Assembly (NCBI GenBank): GCA_938045545.1
Contig: CALIBN010000018.1
Span: 1 to 61,726 of the forward strand
DNA length: 61,726 bases
From: an uncultured archaeon
GTDB lineage: Archaea > Thermoproteota > EX4484-205 > JAAOZP01
Direction: 5' to 3'
The translations under genes and the position numbers were made by a program. Shown piece after piece: positions 1 to 11,133 of the stretch. Position 1 is the stretch's first letter; each line of letters opens with the position of its first letter. Under the pieces are notes generated by a model, which was given only the letters and a program-made list of their open reading frames with translations, did not search any database and had not been told where the DNA came from.

Positions 1-118
1 AGCCCTGCATAACTAGGTTTAGGAAGTATCCTATTGGGGGGATTAGTATTGCGGATATTATTATCCATGTTTTAAGGCCAGAAGGCTTAACTATTTCCTT
101 TGATGCTGCTTCTCCCAA
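1..118 (-). CDS. Partial (N-terminal) membrane protein running off the left edge
   Basis: TTG start after an AGGTGA RBS. Reads MGEAASKEIVKPSGLKTWIIISAILIPPIGYFLNLVMQG with no stop before the edge. Hydrophobic segment present. Confidence 0.55.
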   Translation of the reverse strand, partial: MGEAASKEIVKPSGLKTWIIISAILIPPIGYFLNLVMQG

Positions 119-510
119 TTTCAGTCACCTTTTCACGCATAAGTAGTTTCTTCCCATAAATATAAAGCTTACTTCCATCATTTCCCCATAACGCATGCTT
201 TATAAACCAGCTTCTCTATCGAGCTGATTCCCGAAAATATAAGGTAACTCTAGGATCACGATAACCATCATCCGAGAAGGATAGTGCCACATTCTCTTGG
301 TCGACGTGGCTTCTTATGTAAGGATGCTTCTTGTAAGGCCTTTTCTAGGCCACAGCTTTTGCGAAATGGCGAAGTAGGAGCCGAGGATGACCGCTTCATA
401 AGCCCGCGCTGATTAACAATTCTCGATAAGCTTAGCAAAGGGTTTTCTCAGCCATTTGGCAAACTATCCGCCATACTCAGTCTCCCTAGTACATGCAGTA
501 AGCGATTACG

Positions 511-690
511 TCAATCACCAGCAATCCTTCTGTAAAAGTAAAAAATAATGATTCCAGTTAGCCCGATGATTATCAGCAGGAGCGGGGGAGAAAGGAATTC
601 TCTGAATGTTTGAGCAATCAGCCAAATGATTCCAACGAATAGGATTGCGAGGAAAATCACGAGCATAAATTCAGCCCTACTGCTGCCCAT
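511..690 (-). CDS. Small two-TM hypothetical membrane protein
   Basis: Within the 511..720 ORF. The ATG at 690 follows an RBS-like GTGAGG. Two hydrophobic stretches. Confidence 0.5.
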   Translation of the reverse strand: MGSSRAEFMLVIFLAILFVGIIWLIAQTFREFLSPPLLLIIIGLTGIIIFYFYRRIAGD

Positions 691-1124
691 ACTCCTCACT
701 TCCAGGACTTTTATAAACATGCTTTATTAATCTTGTGAAATCGAGCCAAAAATGAGGATAAGGCAATGTATGATTAGGACGGTATGACGCGCGCTGGGAA
801 AAGATTAAAACGAATAGTTACGCGCAAGGATGGGGCTCGCGCGTAATGTTGATCATCGCAGCATCCCTTCTATTTCTAGGGTTGAGGCCAATCAAAGACC
901 CGAAAATCACTTCTATGGGATTGAGGAGAGACGTTTGTAACGCTCATCCCTCTACCAGCCAAGTAGCTTAAGTAGTATATGCTGAGAAAGGCTTATGAAT
1001 TGTACGTTCATTAGTCTAGGTTAAACCGGCTATCTTAGAATTAAAGTTTTTAGCGTGCGCTAAAACAAACGGTTGTCTACTATAAAGCTTAAATAATACA
1101 ACTGCCGATAAATGCTGGTGAAAG

Positions 1125-1823
1125 TTGGAGATATTCGAGAGTTTCTCTAAGTCTGTCGACTACGTTTCGAAGCTGTTATCAAGAGGGGTGGAGCTCATAA
1201 CAATGATTATAGTGAACATCATTCCGATAGTCAACTTCATCTTCCTAGGCTACTGCGCCAAGATTTTTAAAGAGGGGCCTGCTAAAGATGAGCCGCCGAA
1301 GTTCGAGAATTTCGGGGAGCTTTTCGGTGAAGGGTTAAAGATATTCGTCGTAGGATTATTGTGGGCATTGTTGCCGTTAATAATACTCGTTTTAGCATTC
1401 GTCTTAACCGTGCCCTGGTACTGGATTGGCGGCGGGCTCGGTTTCGCTAGACTCGGAATCACGTTTATCATCGCCCTATTCATAGTGCTCTTAGCCATCA
1501 TAGGCGTTGGGATATTTGGAGTAATAGGCCTCCTTCTCACAGCTAAGACTGGAGAAATAGGTAAAGGGTTTTCCTTCCAGCAGATAATGGCGGTGATAAA
1601 CAGCGTCGGCTTCGCCAACCATGTTATCTGGGTGATTGTGGCAGCCATTATAGTATTCATAGTGGGCTTGTTAGGCACTTTGCCGCTGATCGGCTGGCTC
1701 ATAGTCCTAGTGATATCGCCTCTCCTTGCAACCTTTCTAACCAGAGCTGCGACGCTCTTCTACTCGGAGGCTGTTGAAAAAACACTGCTCCCACCACCCC
1801 CGCCTCCGCCACCAACCGTTTAA
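1125..1823 (+). CDS. DUF4013-like membrane protein with C-terminal poly-Pro tail
   Basis: IIPIVNFIFLGY...PPKFENFGELFGEGLK pattern typical of DUF4013, multiple TM helices, ends in PPPPPPPPTV. Confidence 0.7.
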   Translation: MEIFESFSKSVDYVSKLLSRGVELITMIIVNIIPIVNFIFLGYCAKIFKEGPAKDEPPKFENFGELFGEGLKIFVVGLLWALLPLIILVLAFVLTVPWYWIGGGLGFARLGITFIIALFIVLLAIIGVGIFGVIGLLLTAKTGEIGKGFSFQQIMAVINSVGFANHVIWVIVAAIIVFIVGLLGTLPLIGWLIVLVISPLLATFLTRAATLFYSEAVEKTLLPPPPPPPPTV

Positions 1824-2010
1824 ACTCTCTGTAAGCATCTCCGTAAACCTGAAAGAATACTCTTTCTCGGCTCTAGCCGCGTTTTAAACGTCCTGCAATC
1901 ATAGTAAGAGCATCATTGCTTGAGTGTTTTCCAACAGCTCTCTTCGGCTTAACAAGGCGTAAATTCCCAATGAATGTTTTATAAATCGGAAGACTATAGA
2001 AAACGTAATC

Positions 2011-2793
2011 ATGGAGGACTGGATAAGGAGGATTTTCATAGAAAGGGCTGATCTCTTTCTTAAAATTATGAACGAGAGATGGCCCGGTGCAGAGGCTCTT
2101 GTCGATGGAATGATTAGGCTGCTTAAGGATTTCGGCGTCGAGGATGGAAGGGTCTTAGACCTGTGCTGCGGGAACGGGAGGGTTGCAATATCATTCGCCA
2201 AAAAAGGTTTCACAGCCGTAGGCATAGACTTGTCCCCGATGTTTATCGAGGATGCTAAAGCAAGGGCGAGGGAGCTAGGTGTCTCCAAGAGGACCAGCTT
2301 CATATGCGGCGATGCTCGAAAACTCCTGAGCCTTGTCCCCAAGGATGCGTGTTTCGACGTGGTAACTAGCGTTTGGACATCGATAGGCTATTACGGCAAG
2401 AGTGAAGACCTCGCGCTTTTCAAGCAGGCTAGGCAGTTAACTAGAGACGGGGGAATACTTTTCATAGCTGAGACAGCCCATAGGGATTCTCTAAGCCTGA
2501 GATTCTGCCCCTCATCGTTCACGATTCACGAGAATACTGTTCTAGTTGAGGAAACCAGGTGGAATGCGCTGACCTCAAGGCTTAGAACAACATGGTCTTT
2601 CTACGCGAAGAATGGTGACGACCTGAAGTTCATCGACAGGATTGCGTTCGAAATATACATCTATAGCGTAAGCGAGCTCGCATCAATGCTGAGAGAAGCA
2701 GGCTGGGAAACCGTCGCAACCTATGGGAACTTGGCTACGAGACAACCTTTCAGCCCCTGGACAGATTTAAACCTGGTTGCGAAAACCATTTAA
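2011..2793 (+). CDS. Class I SAM-dependent methyltransferase
   Basis: VLDLCCGNGR motif I, GIDLS, ICGDAR, FDVVTSVWTSIGY. Confidence 0.85.
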   Translation: MEDWIRRIFIERADLFLKIMNERWPGAEALVDGMIRLLKDFGVEDGRVLDLCCGNGRVAISFAKKGFTAVGIDLSPMFIEDAKARARELGVSKRTSFICGDARKLLSLVPKDACFDVVTSVWTSIGYYGKSEDLALFKQARQLTRDGGILFIAETAHRDSLSLRFCPSSFTIHENTVLVEETRWNALTSRLRTTWSFYAKNGDDLKFIDRIAFEIYIYSVSELASMLREAGWETVATYGNLATRQPFSPWTDLNLVAKTI

Positions 2794-2917
2794 TATGGGG
2801 AAGAATAATGGCGCGGGACGATTAAGCATATGCTGAGGCGCGCGCTAAGATCGAGGGGTTTGATTTTAAAGCGGTAGCACCGAGCTTTAGAGGCTTTAAG
2901 GCTTCTTTAAAGCCCCT

Positions 2918-3136
2918 TTGCTCTCCAAGGCTGATTCCCAAGACAGGGAGATAGCTGCAAAGCACCTTCACTGGTATTATTCAGATCCAAAGCTGACTTA
3001 TGAAGAGGAAATAGATCGCGTGATAGAGGCAGAAAATGAAGTCAGTAAAAATCTAGGGAACTTCCTCCTGAAGGCCTTAGAGGTTTACAAGAAGTATTCG
3101 AGCGCGAGGTTCTGGTTCTACGTGGAAATATTGTGA
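2918..3136 (+). CDS. Hypothetical protein, possibly a gene remnant
   Basis: 72-aa ORF with weak TTG start and protein-like composition, in an accessory stretch. Confidence 0.35.
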   Translation: MLSKADSQDREIAAKHLHWYYSDPKLTYEEEIDRVIEAENEVSKNLGNFLLKALEVYKKYSSARFWFYVEIL

Positions 3137-3277
3137 AGTTTTCTATGTACCGCTTCTATGAAGATTCTCAATATGTCCTTGTTATTCTGATAAAGTTCTT
3201 TGGGATGCTCAAACAGTGCTTTAGCGCTATCCGACTTAGGTTCGTCATTAAAGGTATGGAATGGAGCAGAGGGTAAA

Positions 3278-3667
3278 ATGCCTGAATATTGGCTTAAGGT
3301 GAGGGTTTCAAAAGGCCCATGGAAAGCTGGGAAGGAGCTTGCCTTGAACAGAGTTTTTACTGGGATTGCACGCGCGCTAACGGAGGACGAAATAGATGAG
3401 TATATAGAATTCCATCACTCGCTATTTAAAGATGATCCGAGTAACTTTTTCCTCAAAATTTTAAAGGCCCATAAGAAATACCCGAAGAGCAGATCCTCTC
3501 GACTATTCCCTATTATAGCATGCTATTCTCCACGTCTCGATTTGCATTTCCCAGATCATTTGGAGGGCGCACTTTTTTACTACTGGCGTGAAGATAAAAA
3601 AAATACTACGGATGGTTTATCGTGTTGGCTCTCAGAATACTTTTCCGGCCTTCTCGAGGTTCTCTAA
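3278..3667 (+). CDS. Hypothetical protein, possibly truncated
   Basis: ATG at 3278 after GAGGG. The 3' end overlaps porB tail-to-tail by 36 nt. Confidence 0.4.
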   Translation: MPEYWLKVRVSKGPWKAGKELALNRVFTGIARALTEDEIDEYIEFHHSLFKDDPSNFFLKILKAHKKYPKSRSSRLFPIIACYSPRLDLHFPDHLEGALFYYWREDKKNTTDGLSCWLSEYFSGLLEVL

Positions 3668-4579
3668 GCGCTGCCAGTTCCACTCAATCCAAGCCTTAAG
3701 GCGTTGAAGAACATCAACGTTCTTAGGGTCGAGAAGATGTCGGGTCCACCTTTGGATTTTCAAAAACTCCTCGATGGGCACCGGCTTGGAAACCCTATAA
3801 TTGATCTTCAGCTGACCGTCCTCGATCTCATAGATTGGGAACAGCCTTGTTTCAACGGCCAACCTTGAAACCTTAACAGTTAACCTAGGCTCATAACGCC
3901 AGCCGAACTGGCATGGAGCAAGGATGTGGATGAAAGCGGGTCCCTGCTCACTATAGTTAACAGCCTTGCGAATCTTGTTAACCATGTCGCGCCAAAGCCA
4001 AATGCTTGCAGTAGCGGCATAAGGAATATGGTGCGAAGCAACAATTCCAATTAAATCTTTCTTGTTTTCTTGCTTTCCAGGAATGACCTTGCCAGCGGGA
4101 CTCGTCGTGGTCGCGACGCCCAAAAAAGTAGCTCCAGACCTTTGAATCCCAGTATTCATGTATGCAAAGTTGTCATAACATAAATATATAATTTTATCTA
4201 GTCTTTCTAGTGCCCCTGAGATTGCTCCGAGTCCTATGTCGAATGTTGCGCCGTCTCCTCCGAGCGCTATGACTGGTAGTTTCTTCGCTCTTCCTTCTGC
4301 TGAAAGTTTTTCGAGTGCTGCTGCGATGCCTGATGCTACTGGCGCGTTGTTCTGGAATAATACGTGGACCCATGGTGTTTTCCATGCGGAGTATGGGTAG
4401 ATTGTAGTTCCTACTTCGACGCAGCCTGTTGCGTTTACTATTACTGCCTCCGGTACTGCAAGCGTTATTAGTTTCACGGTTATTGCCGGCCCGCATCCTG
4501 CGCAGAGTCTGTGTCCAGGCCTGAATTTTGATTCTTCGGGGAGGTCGGATATTTTGGATACTGGGTTGGTCTTGCTCAT
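3632..4579 (-). CDS. porB: Pyruvate/2-oxoisovalerate:ferredoxin oxidoreductase beta subunit
   Basis: GHRLCAGCG, ATGCVEV, TPP-binding GGDG...YDNFAYMNTGIQRS. Confidence 0.92.
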   Translation of the reverse strand: MSKTNPVSKISDLPEESKFRPGHRLCAGCGPAITVKLITLAVPEAVIVNATGCVEVGTTIYPYSAWKTPWVHVLFQNNAPVASGIAAALEKLSAEGRAKKLPVIALGGDGATFDIGLGAISGALERLDKIIYLCYDNFAYMNTGIQRSGATFLGVATTTSPAGKVIPGKQENKKDLIGIVASHHIPYAATASIWLWRDMVNKIRKAVNYSEQGPAFIHILAPCQFGWRYEPRLTVKVSRLAVETRLFPIYEIEDGQLKINYRVSKPVPIEEFLKIQRWTRHLLDPKNVDVLQRLKAWIEWNWQRLENLEKAGKVF

Positions 4580-5775
4580 TCTCCTCTCACCCCGTGGAAG
4601 TATACTCTGTCTGTTTTACCCTTGTCTATGAGCTCCTTGCCTTTCTTGTAGATTTCTATGATCCCCTGTGTTGAGATGTCTCTTCCTCCGAGGCCGTATG
4701 TGAAGTCTATTATTTTAACCTCTGAGTGTTTCGGATAGATTGTTGCGGCGATGTCCTCGTAGACTGGGCCTGCTCTTGCCCCTGGACTCATGACTTTCTC
4801 CATGACGATTATTCTTTTGAATCTTGAGAAGAGTTGCTCGGCCTCTTTAACGGGCCACGGTCTGTACTGCAGTATTCCTACGACGCCTGCTTTCTCGCCT
4901 GCTTCCCTGAGGGTTTTAACCGCGTGCCGGGCTGTTCCTACGGTGCTTCCCATCGCCACTAAGCAGGTTTCCGCGTCGCCCGTCATGTATTCTTTGAGAG
5001 GCGCGTAGCTTCTGCCGGAGATCTCCTCGTATTTCTGGAATACTTCTTTTATTACTTGCCTAGAGTTCTCCATCGCCTCGTACTGTTGTCTTTTGAACTC
5101 GAAGTAGGAGTCTTGCAACGCTAGGACGCCGAAGGTTCTCGGGTTGTCGGGGTCTATTCTCGGCCCGGTTGTCCTTACCCCTAAGAATTCTTTGACGACG
5201 TCGTCGTTTAAAGCGTAGAAGTTGGTTATCGCGTGCGAGACTATGAAGCCGTCGTACGAGACTACGACCGGAAGGAGTACTCTGGGGTCTTCTGCGATTT
5301 TGAAGGCCATGATTGTGAGGTCGTAGGTTTCCTGCGCCTCCTCGCCGTTGAACATTATCCAGCCTGCGTCCCTCATTCCGAAGAAGTCCGAATGGTCGTT
5401 GTGAATGTTTATTGGTGCTGAGAGCGCTCTCGCCGCTAGCGCCATGACTATGGGTAGTCTTAATCCTGATGCTGCGTAGAGAGCCTCCCACATGTATGCG
5501 AGGCCCTGGCTAGCGGTCGCCGTGAATGCTCTCGCCCCTGCTAATGAGGCACCTATTACTGCGGATAGGGCTGAGTGCTCTGATTCAACGTTTATGAACT
5601 TAGCGTTCAGCTCGCCGTCGTTCACGTATCTTGAAAGCGTTTCGACGACGAATGTTTGGGGGGTTATGGGGTAGGCGCTTATCACATCGACGTTAGCCTG
5701 TTTGACAGCGTAGGCTACGGCGTCGTTCCCGGTTAGCGCTATCCTATGCTGCCTTGCTAAGGCTTCCGTCATCAT
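4576..5775 (-). CDS. porA: Pyruvate/2-oxoisovalerate:ferredoxin oxidoreductase alpha subunit
   Basis: AYPITPQT, VESEHSA, TATASQGL, YGLGGRD motifs. Confidence 0.92.
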   Translation of the reverse strand: MMTEALARQHRIALTGNDAVAYAVKQANVDVISAYPITPQTFVVETLSRYVNDGELNAKFINVESEHSALSAVIGASLAGARAFTATASQGLAYMWEALYAASGLRLPIVMALAARALSAPINIHNDHSDFFGMRDAGWIMFNGEEAQETYDLTIMAFKIAEDPRVLLPVVVSYDGFIVSHAITNFYALNDDVVKEFLGVRTTGPRIDPDNPRTFGVLALQDSYFEFKRQQYEAMENSRQVIKEVFQKYEEISGRSYAPLKEYMTGDAETCLVAMGSTVGTARHAVKTLREAGEKAGVVGILQYRPWPVKEAEQLFSRFKRIIVMEKVMSPGARAGPVYEDIAATIYPKHSEVKIIDFTYGLGGRDISTQGIIEIYKKGKELIDKGKTDRVYFHGVRGE

Positions 5776-5776
5776 T

Positions 5777-6055
5777 TTAAATCTCCTCCGGAACCATTGT
5801 TATCGCCTTCCTTGGACATTCTTCGGCGCATATTCCGCAGCCCTTGCAGTAGTCGTAGTCTATCTTCACCTCGTTACCGTTTCTAATTATCGCGGGCTCA
5901 GGACAGTAGAGCCAGCATATCAGGCATCTAACACACTTCTCGTAGTCTATGACTGGTTTCTCAACCCTCCAGTTGCCGGTCTTATACTTCTCGCTTGTCC
6001 CGCCGGCGACGCTCCCACCCAGGTCTATCTCTCTCCAGGTTACTGTTGTGCTCAT
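5777..6055 (-). CDS. porD: 2-oxoacid:ferredoxin oxidoreductase delta subunit (2x[4Fe-4S])
   Basis: KTGNWR, CVRCLICWLYCP and CKGCGICAEECP. Confidence 0.92.
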   Translation of the reverse strand: MSTTVTWREIDLGGSVAGGTSEKYKTGNWRVEKPVIDYEKCVRCLICWLYCPEPAIIRNGNEVKIDYDYCKGCGICAEECPRKAITMVPEEI

Positions 6056-6663
6056 CGGGCCGCCACCTCCTCGTATCCCCTCTTAAGCATTTTCACGTTC
6101 AGCTCTCCAACCCTGCCTGGAAACCTGTTTAAAAACAGTTTTTCAAGAGTTTCAAGCCTGACCACGCCCGTCAACCTAACTAGTCCGCCTAGGACAGGCG
6201 TGTTGAAAACGTAGGCTCCAAAGACCTCCTTCGAGATCCTTGCGGCGTCAACAACTCCCAGGGTCTTCACGTTTAAACCCAGCTTCCTCCTTAGGTCTCC
6301 AGGGTTTTTAGCGGAGTTGACTACAGCAACACCCTCCGGTTTGAGGCCTGTGTAAACGCTCGGGTCCTCAGCCAAGTATGGGTCTATAACCGCCAGAATA
6401 TCCGGCTCGTATACCGAGGAATGTATGTCTATAGGGTCCTCTGAGAAGCGCGTGTAGCCCCTCACCGGCCCACCCGTCCTCTCTGGGCCGAAGTCCGGGA
6501 AAGTCTGAATGTTCTTGCCTTCTTCGAAGAGAGCCATTCCTATTAGCTGGTTTGCAAGCACAACTCCTTGACCACCCCTGCCATGCCACCTTATTTCAAC
6601 AATCCTGCTTGTTTTCGCCATTCTCATCAGCCTGGGGAAGCTGTGGAACACCGGCTTATACAC
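6052..6663 (-). CDS. porG: 2-oxoacid:ferredoxin oxidoreductase gamma subunit (true start probably ATG 6627 or 6621)
   Basis: EIRWHGRGGQG, FGPERTGGPV motifs. First gene of the operon. Confidence 0.9.
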   Translation of the reverse strand: MYKPVFHSFPRLMRMAKTSRIVEIRWHGRGGQGVVLANQLIGMALFEEGKNIQTFPDFGPERTGGPVRGYTRFSEDPIDIHSSVYEPDILAVIDPYLAEDPSVYTGLKPEGVAVVNSAKNPGDLRRKLGLNVKTLGVVDAARISKEVFGAYVFNTPVLGGLVRLTGVVRLETLEKLFLNRFPGRVGELNVKMLKRGYEEVAAR

Positions 6664-6806
6664 TTTACCCTAAATCTGGACCTCCCGGGTTGAAAACGCT
6701 CAACCAAAAAGTTGAGCCTGACGGCTTTTTAAGCTTTTAGACGGAAGGGCTCCCACCTAATTCTGATAGTGGTTAAATATGGGGCTTAACTTGATTCTGC
6801 GTCTAA

Positions 6807-7703
6807 ATGTCTAGGAAGCCTTTTAGAATAGGCGTGGTGGGCGCTTTAACGATAGACGTTAACAGGAGCCGCGGCGGATCCTACAGTTACATGGGTGGGG
6901 GAGGATTCTATTCTTCGCTCAGCCTCTCCAGAATAGGTGTTGAAACAGTTCTTTTCACAGCCTACGGGCCGGATATGAACAGGGAGTGGGTTGAGAGTCT
7001 TAAGCGGAAGGGTGTTGAGGTTTACGCTACGGAGCTTGATAGAAGCATCCTGTTCGAAAACGTTTACCAGGATTCCTCCAGGCTCCAGAAAACGTCGGGG
7101 GAGCCTTCTAGAAAGATTGTTGTTGAAAAAAGCAGGCTTACAGGGTTTGACGCCATACATGTTACGCCTGTTTTAAACGAGGTTGACCACAGTGTTTTCA
7201 AGGAGCTTGAGGAAGCAGGCTGCAGGCTTTCTATCGACGTGCAGGGGTTCATCAGGACTAGCGGTGTCGACGGGTGTGTTCACCATGTTAAGAGGTTGCT
7301 TCCAGAGGATGCTCTCAGCAGGGTTAGCTATGTTCACATGAATGTTGACGAGCAGTTTTTCTTTCTAAACCATGACGTTAAGGAGCTTTTCGAAATCAAC
7401 CCGGGGATGATTGTCGAGCTGACCAACTCTGAACACGGCTCCATGATTATTTACAAGCAAGGGTGTTTCTACATCCCTAGTCTGGAGGTGGAGACACTCG
7501 ACCCTACTGGGGCCGGAGATGTTTACGCGGCTGTTTTCCTGGCGAAACATCTTGAAACGGGAAACCTTTTGGAGTCAAGCCTTTACGCGTCAGCCTGCTC
7601 AAGCATTAAGGCTGGGAAAACAGGACCTTTGTTCGACTTCAGCTTTAACGAGGTTGAAAACAGGGTTAAAGCTTTGAAAAGGCTTCTTGAAAATTTATAT
7701 TAG
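6807..7703 (+). CDS. PfkB-family carbohydrate/nucleoside kinase
   Basis: N-terminal GGGGFY and C-terminal DPTGAGDVY signature. Confidence 0.85.
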   Translation: MSRKPFRIGVVGALTIDVNRSRGGSYSYMGGGGFYSSLSLSRIGVETVLFTAYGPDMNREWVESLKRKGVEVYATELDRSILFENVYQDSSRLQKTSGEPSRKIVVEKSRLTGFDAIHVTPVLNEVDHSVFKELEEAGCRLSIDVQGFIRTSGVDGCVHHVKRLLPEDALSRVSYVHMNVDEQFFFLNHDVKELFEINPGMIVELTNSEHGSMIIYKQGCFYIPSLEVETLDPTGAGDVYAAVFLAKHLETGNLLESSLYASACSSIKAGKTGPLFDFSFNEVENRVKALKRLLENLY

Positions 7704-7724
7704 CGTTCCTGAGCGTAAAGGCTG

Positions 7725-8252
7725 ATGAGCATACTTGGGAAAAGCGAGCTGCTGAAGATGGTGAAGAGAATGCCGATTATACACCCGTTCGACGAGAAGT
7801 ACATGGATGGAGACGGGTATGTTTTGACGGTGATGGATGATGTTAAGCTTCAATACCTTGAGCATAAGAACGTGATATCCAACGAGATTGTTTTCACGCC
7901 GCCGAACATTGTTGCACACCTCACTGCTAAAAGCCGTTACGGGAGAGCAGGCCTGTCATTTTTAAACGCGGCCAAGGTTCACAGCGGCTTCGTCGGGAGG
8001 CTTGCGCTTGAGATCGTGAACCTGAACAACGAGAGGGAGCCCGTGGTCGTTAGAAAGGGAGAGCCCTTCATGCATATAGAGTTCATAACTAGGGCTGGAG
8101 AGCCTTCTCCCTATGAGGGGGAGTACCAGTTTCAATACATGACCAGTGAGGAAATAGACTTCTACCTGCCATACCTTAGAAAGGTTTTCAAGAAGGATTT
8201 TGAAACGCTGGCTTCAAAGTGGAGGCTGAAGGAAAAGCTGAAAACCCAGTAG
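7725..8252 (+). CDS. dcd: dCTP deaminase / trimeric dUTPase-fold protein
   Basis: AKSRYGRAGL, VHSGFVGRLALEIVN, PYEGEYQFQ resemble Dcd motifs, though divergent. Confidence 0.65.
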   Translation: MSILGKSELLKMVKRMPIIHPFDEKYMDGDGYVLTVMDDVKLQYLEHKNVISNEIVFTPPNIVAHLTAKSRYGRAGLSFLNAAKVHSGFVGRLALEIVNLNNEREPVVVRKGEPFMHIEFITRAGEPSPYEGEYQFQYMTSEEIDFYLPYLRKVFKKDFETLASKWRLKEKLKTQ

Positions 8253-8309
8253 CAGGTTTCACCCTGTTAATCCTTATTAACCCTGTTCTGCTTAAAAACC
8301 GTTTGTAGA

Positions 8310-10208
8310 ATGGGGTTTCTGGAGGAGGCTGAAAGGATAAGGGTTCACGTGGACCAAGCGCTGGGGAGACTGGGGTTTATCGCTAGAGCGAGGGTTGAGG
8401 AGCCGCCTATCCCTGAGCTCGGCGACCTTGCAACCCCCGTGGCCTTCGACTTGGCTAGGAAACATGGTTTAAACCCTGTGGAGGCCGCTGACAGGATTAT
8501 AGCAGCCATAGAGCTCAGTGAGATTGAGGTTTTGAAGCATGTTGAAAACGTGAACGGCTTCATCAATTTCCGCTTCGATCCCGTGAAATACTCCGTTAAA
8601 GTGTTGAACGAGGCTCTTTCTAAACGCGACGATTACGGAAAGTTCCCTGTTGCCAGTAGGAAGATACTCATAGAGCATACCAATTCCAACCCGAATAAGG
8701 CTCTGCACATCGGTACGCTGAGGAACGCTGTCATAGGAGATGTTTTAGCGAGGCTCCTAAGGTTTCTGGGCCACGAGGTAATTGTTGTGAACTATATTGA
8801 CGACAGTGGCTCCCAGGTTGCTGATAATATTCTTGCCCACTACTTTATGAAAACGCCTCTGGAGCCTCCTGAGGGCGTAGGGTTCGACGAGTATAGCGGC
8901 AGGGTTTATGCCGAGTACAGTGAGAAGATTGAGAAGGACGGGGAGCTCAGGAGGCTGAGGAGCGAGATAATAAGAAGGATAGAGGAAGGTGGAAACGAGG
9001 TGGCTGATTTCGCCAGGTTTTTTTCGGAGAAGGTTGTCGAATGCCAGCTTGAAACAGCCTGGAGCTTCAGAATATTTTACGACTTGCTAAACTGGGAGAC
9101 TGACGTTTTGAGGTCAGGGATATTCGAGTGGGCTGTGAACGAGTTGAGAAGCAGAGGAGAAGCCTACTTGGAGGAGGAGGGTGAAAACAAGGGGTGTCTA
9201 ATGATCAGGCTTAGGGATGTTGAGGAGTTCAGCAGGCTTAAGGCGCCTGACGAGGTTCTCGTAAGATCAGATGGCACAGCCACCTACGTGGGCAAGGATA
9301 TTGCTTACGCAGCTTGGAAGCTCGGTTTAACGCCGAGAAGGTTCAGAGTGAAGAAATGGGTCGAGCAGCCGGACGGGAGGACCCTTTTAACGACGCGCTG
9401 GGATGGGGAGGAATACGATTACCGTGGGGCAGACTTGGCGATAACGGTTGTTGATAAGAGGCAGGAATACCCGCAGAAAGTGGTTGAGCATGCTCTGAGA
9501 AAGCTTGGAGCCCCGCCTGAGAAAAAGTACCTTCCGTATCTCTACGAGGTTGTCGCCCTCTCCGGCGAGACAGCCAGCGAGCTGACAGGGGTAGAAGAGT
9601 TAAAGGAAAGGAGGATGGTCCACATGTCCGGTAGGAAAGGAATAGTTTTCAACGCTAACGATCTTCTTAAAACAGTTTTTCAGAAGGTTTACGAGGAAAC
9701 CCGGAGGAGAAACCCGTCTAAGGATGAGGAATGGGTTAGGAGTGTGAGCACGCATTTGAGCGTTGCATCCATAAGATACTCGCTCTTCAAGACTGATAAG
9801 AACAACATAATAGTTTTCGACGTTAAGGACGCCACAAGGCTGGAGGGCGACACCGCCCCGTATCTTCAATACACCTATGCCCGGGCATGCAGAATACTTG
9901 AGAAAGCAGGTGTCGACGCGAACAGTCTGACAGAAGCCTCTTTCAACACTCCTGAGGAACTGGGCTTGGTTAGGCAGATAGGCAAATTCTCATGGGTTTT
10001 AAACATGGCTTGGGAAACACTGGCATTAAACATTATCGCAGTATTTATGAGACATCTTGCAGACATGTTTAACAGTTTCTATGAGAAGTGCCCCGTGATA
10101 ACCGGAGAAGGCATTAGAATGGATAGGCTGGCGCTGGTTAAAGCCTTCACGATAACCATGGGCAACGCTTTCGAAATAGCGGGCATCGAGAAGCTCAATG
10201 AAGTTTAA
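8310..10208 (+). CDS. argS: Arginine--tRNA ligase
   Basis: EHTNSNPNKALHIGTLRN (HIGH-like), MSGRKG, YLQYTYARACRIL. Confidence 0.95.
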   Translation: MGFLEEAERIRVHVDQALGRLGFIARARVEEPPIPELGDLATPVAFDLARKHGLNPVEAADRIIAAIELSEIEVLKHVENVNGFINFRFDPVKYSVKVLNEALSKRDDYGKFPVASRKILIEHTNSNPNKALHIGTLRNAVIGDVLARLLRFLGHEVIVVNYIDDSGSQVADNILAHYFMKTPLEPPEGVGFDEYSGRVYAEYSEKIEKDGELRRLRSEIIRRIEEGGNEVADFARFFSEKVVECQLETAWSFRIFYDLLNWETDVLRSGIFEWAVNELRSRGEAYLEEEGENKGCLMIRLRDVEEFSRLKAPDEVLVRSDGTATYVGKDIAYAAWKLGLTPRRFRVKKWVEQPDGRTLLTTRWDGEEYDYRGADLAITVVDKRQEYPQKVVEHALRKLGAPPEKKYLPYLYEVVALSGETASELTGVEELKERRMVHMSGRKGIVFNANDLLKTVFQKVYEETRRRNPSKDEEWVRSVSTHLSVASIRYSLFKTDKNNIIVFDVKDATRLEGDTAPYLQYTYARACRILEKAGVDANSLTEASFNTPEELGLVRQIGKFSWVLNMAWETLALNIIAVFMRHLADMFNSFYEKCPVITGEGIRMDRLALVKAFTITMGNAFEIAGIEKLNEV

Positions 10209-10235
10209 ATAAGCCCTCTGCATTAAAACCTTTAA

Positions 10236-10334
10236 GGGCCCGTGGCCAAGCCAGGATAAAGGCGTCGAGAGGATTTTGACCCTTGCGCAGGCCTGCGGAG
10301 CCGGAGAACCTGGGTTCAAATCCCAGCGGGCCCG
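10236..10334 (+). tRNA. tRNA-Arg(GCG) with a 23-nt intron at non-canonical position 29/30 (10268..10290)
   Basis: Acceptor stem GGGCCCG/CGGGCCC, T-arm CTGGG-TTCAAAT-CCCAG. After splicing the anticodon arm is TCGGC-CTGCGGA-GCCGG. BHB central helix GCGT/GCGC. Confidence 0.9.
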
Positions 10335-10390
10335 CTTTTCTCCCTCGTTTTCCGAGGCTAGGCTGCCGCCGTTATAGGATAACGCATTCG

Positions 10391-11107
<717 letters not shown>

Positions 11108-11133
11108 TTAAAAACTTAACCCTTTTGAAAACA

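Noticed and set aside
1786-1815. C-rich repeat as a regulatory or G-quadruplex element
   Set aside because: Explained by the poly-Pro tail of the DUF4013-like protein, with mixed Pro codons.
780-3380. Recurrent GCGCGC(T) words as integron attC-like or cassette boundaries
   Set aside because: Too short and variable. No paired R/L boxes and no integrase seen.
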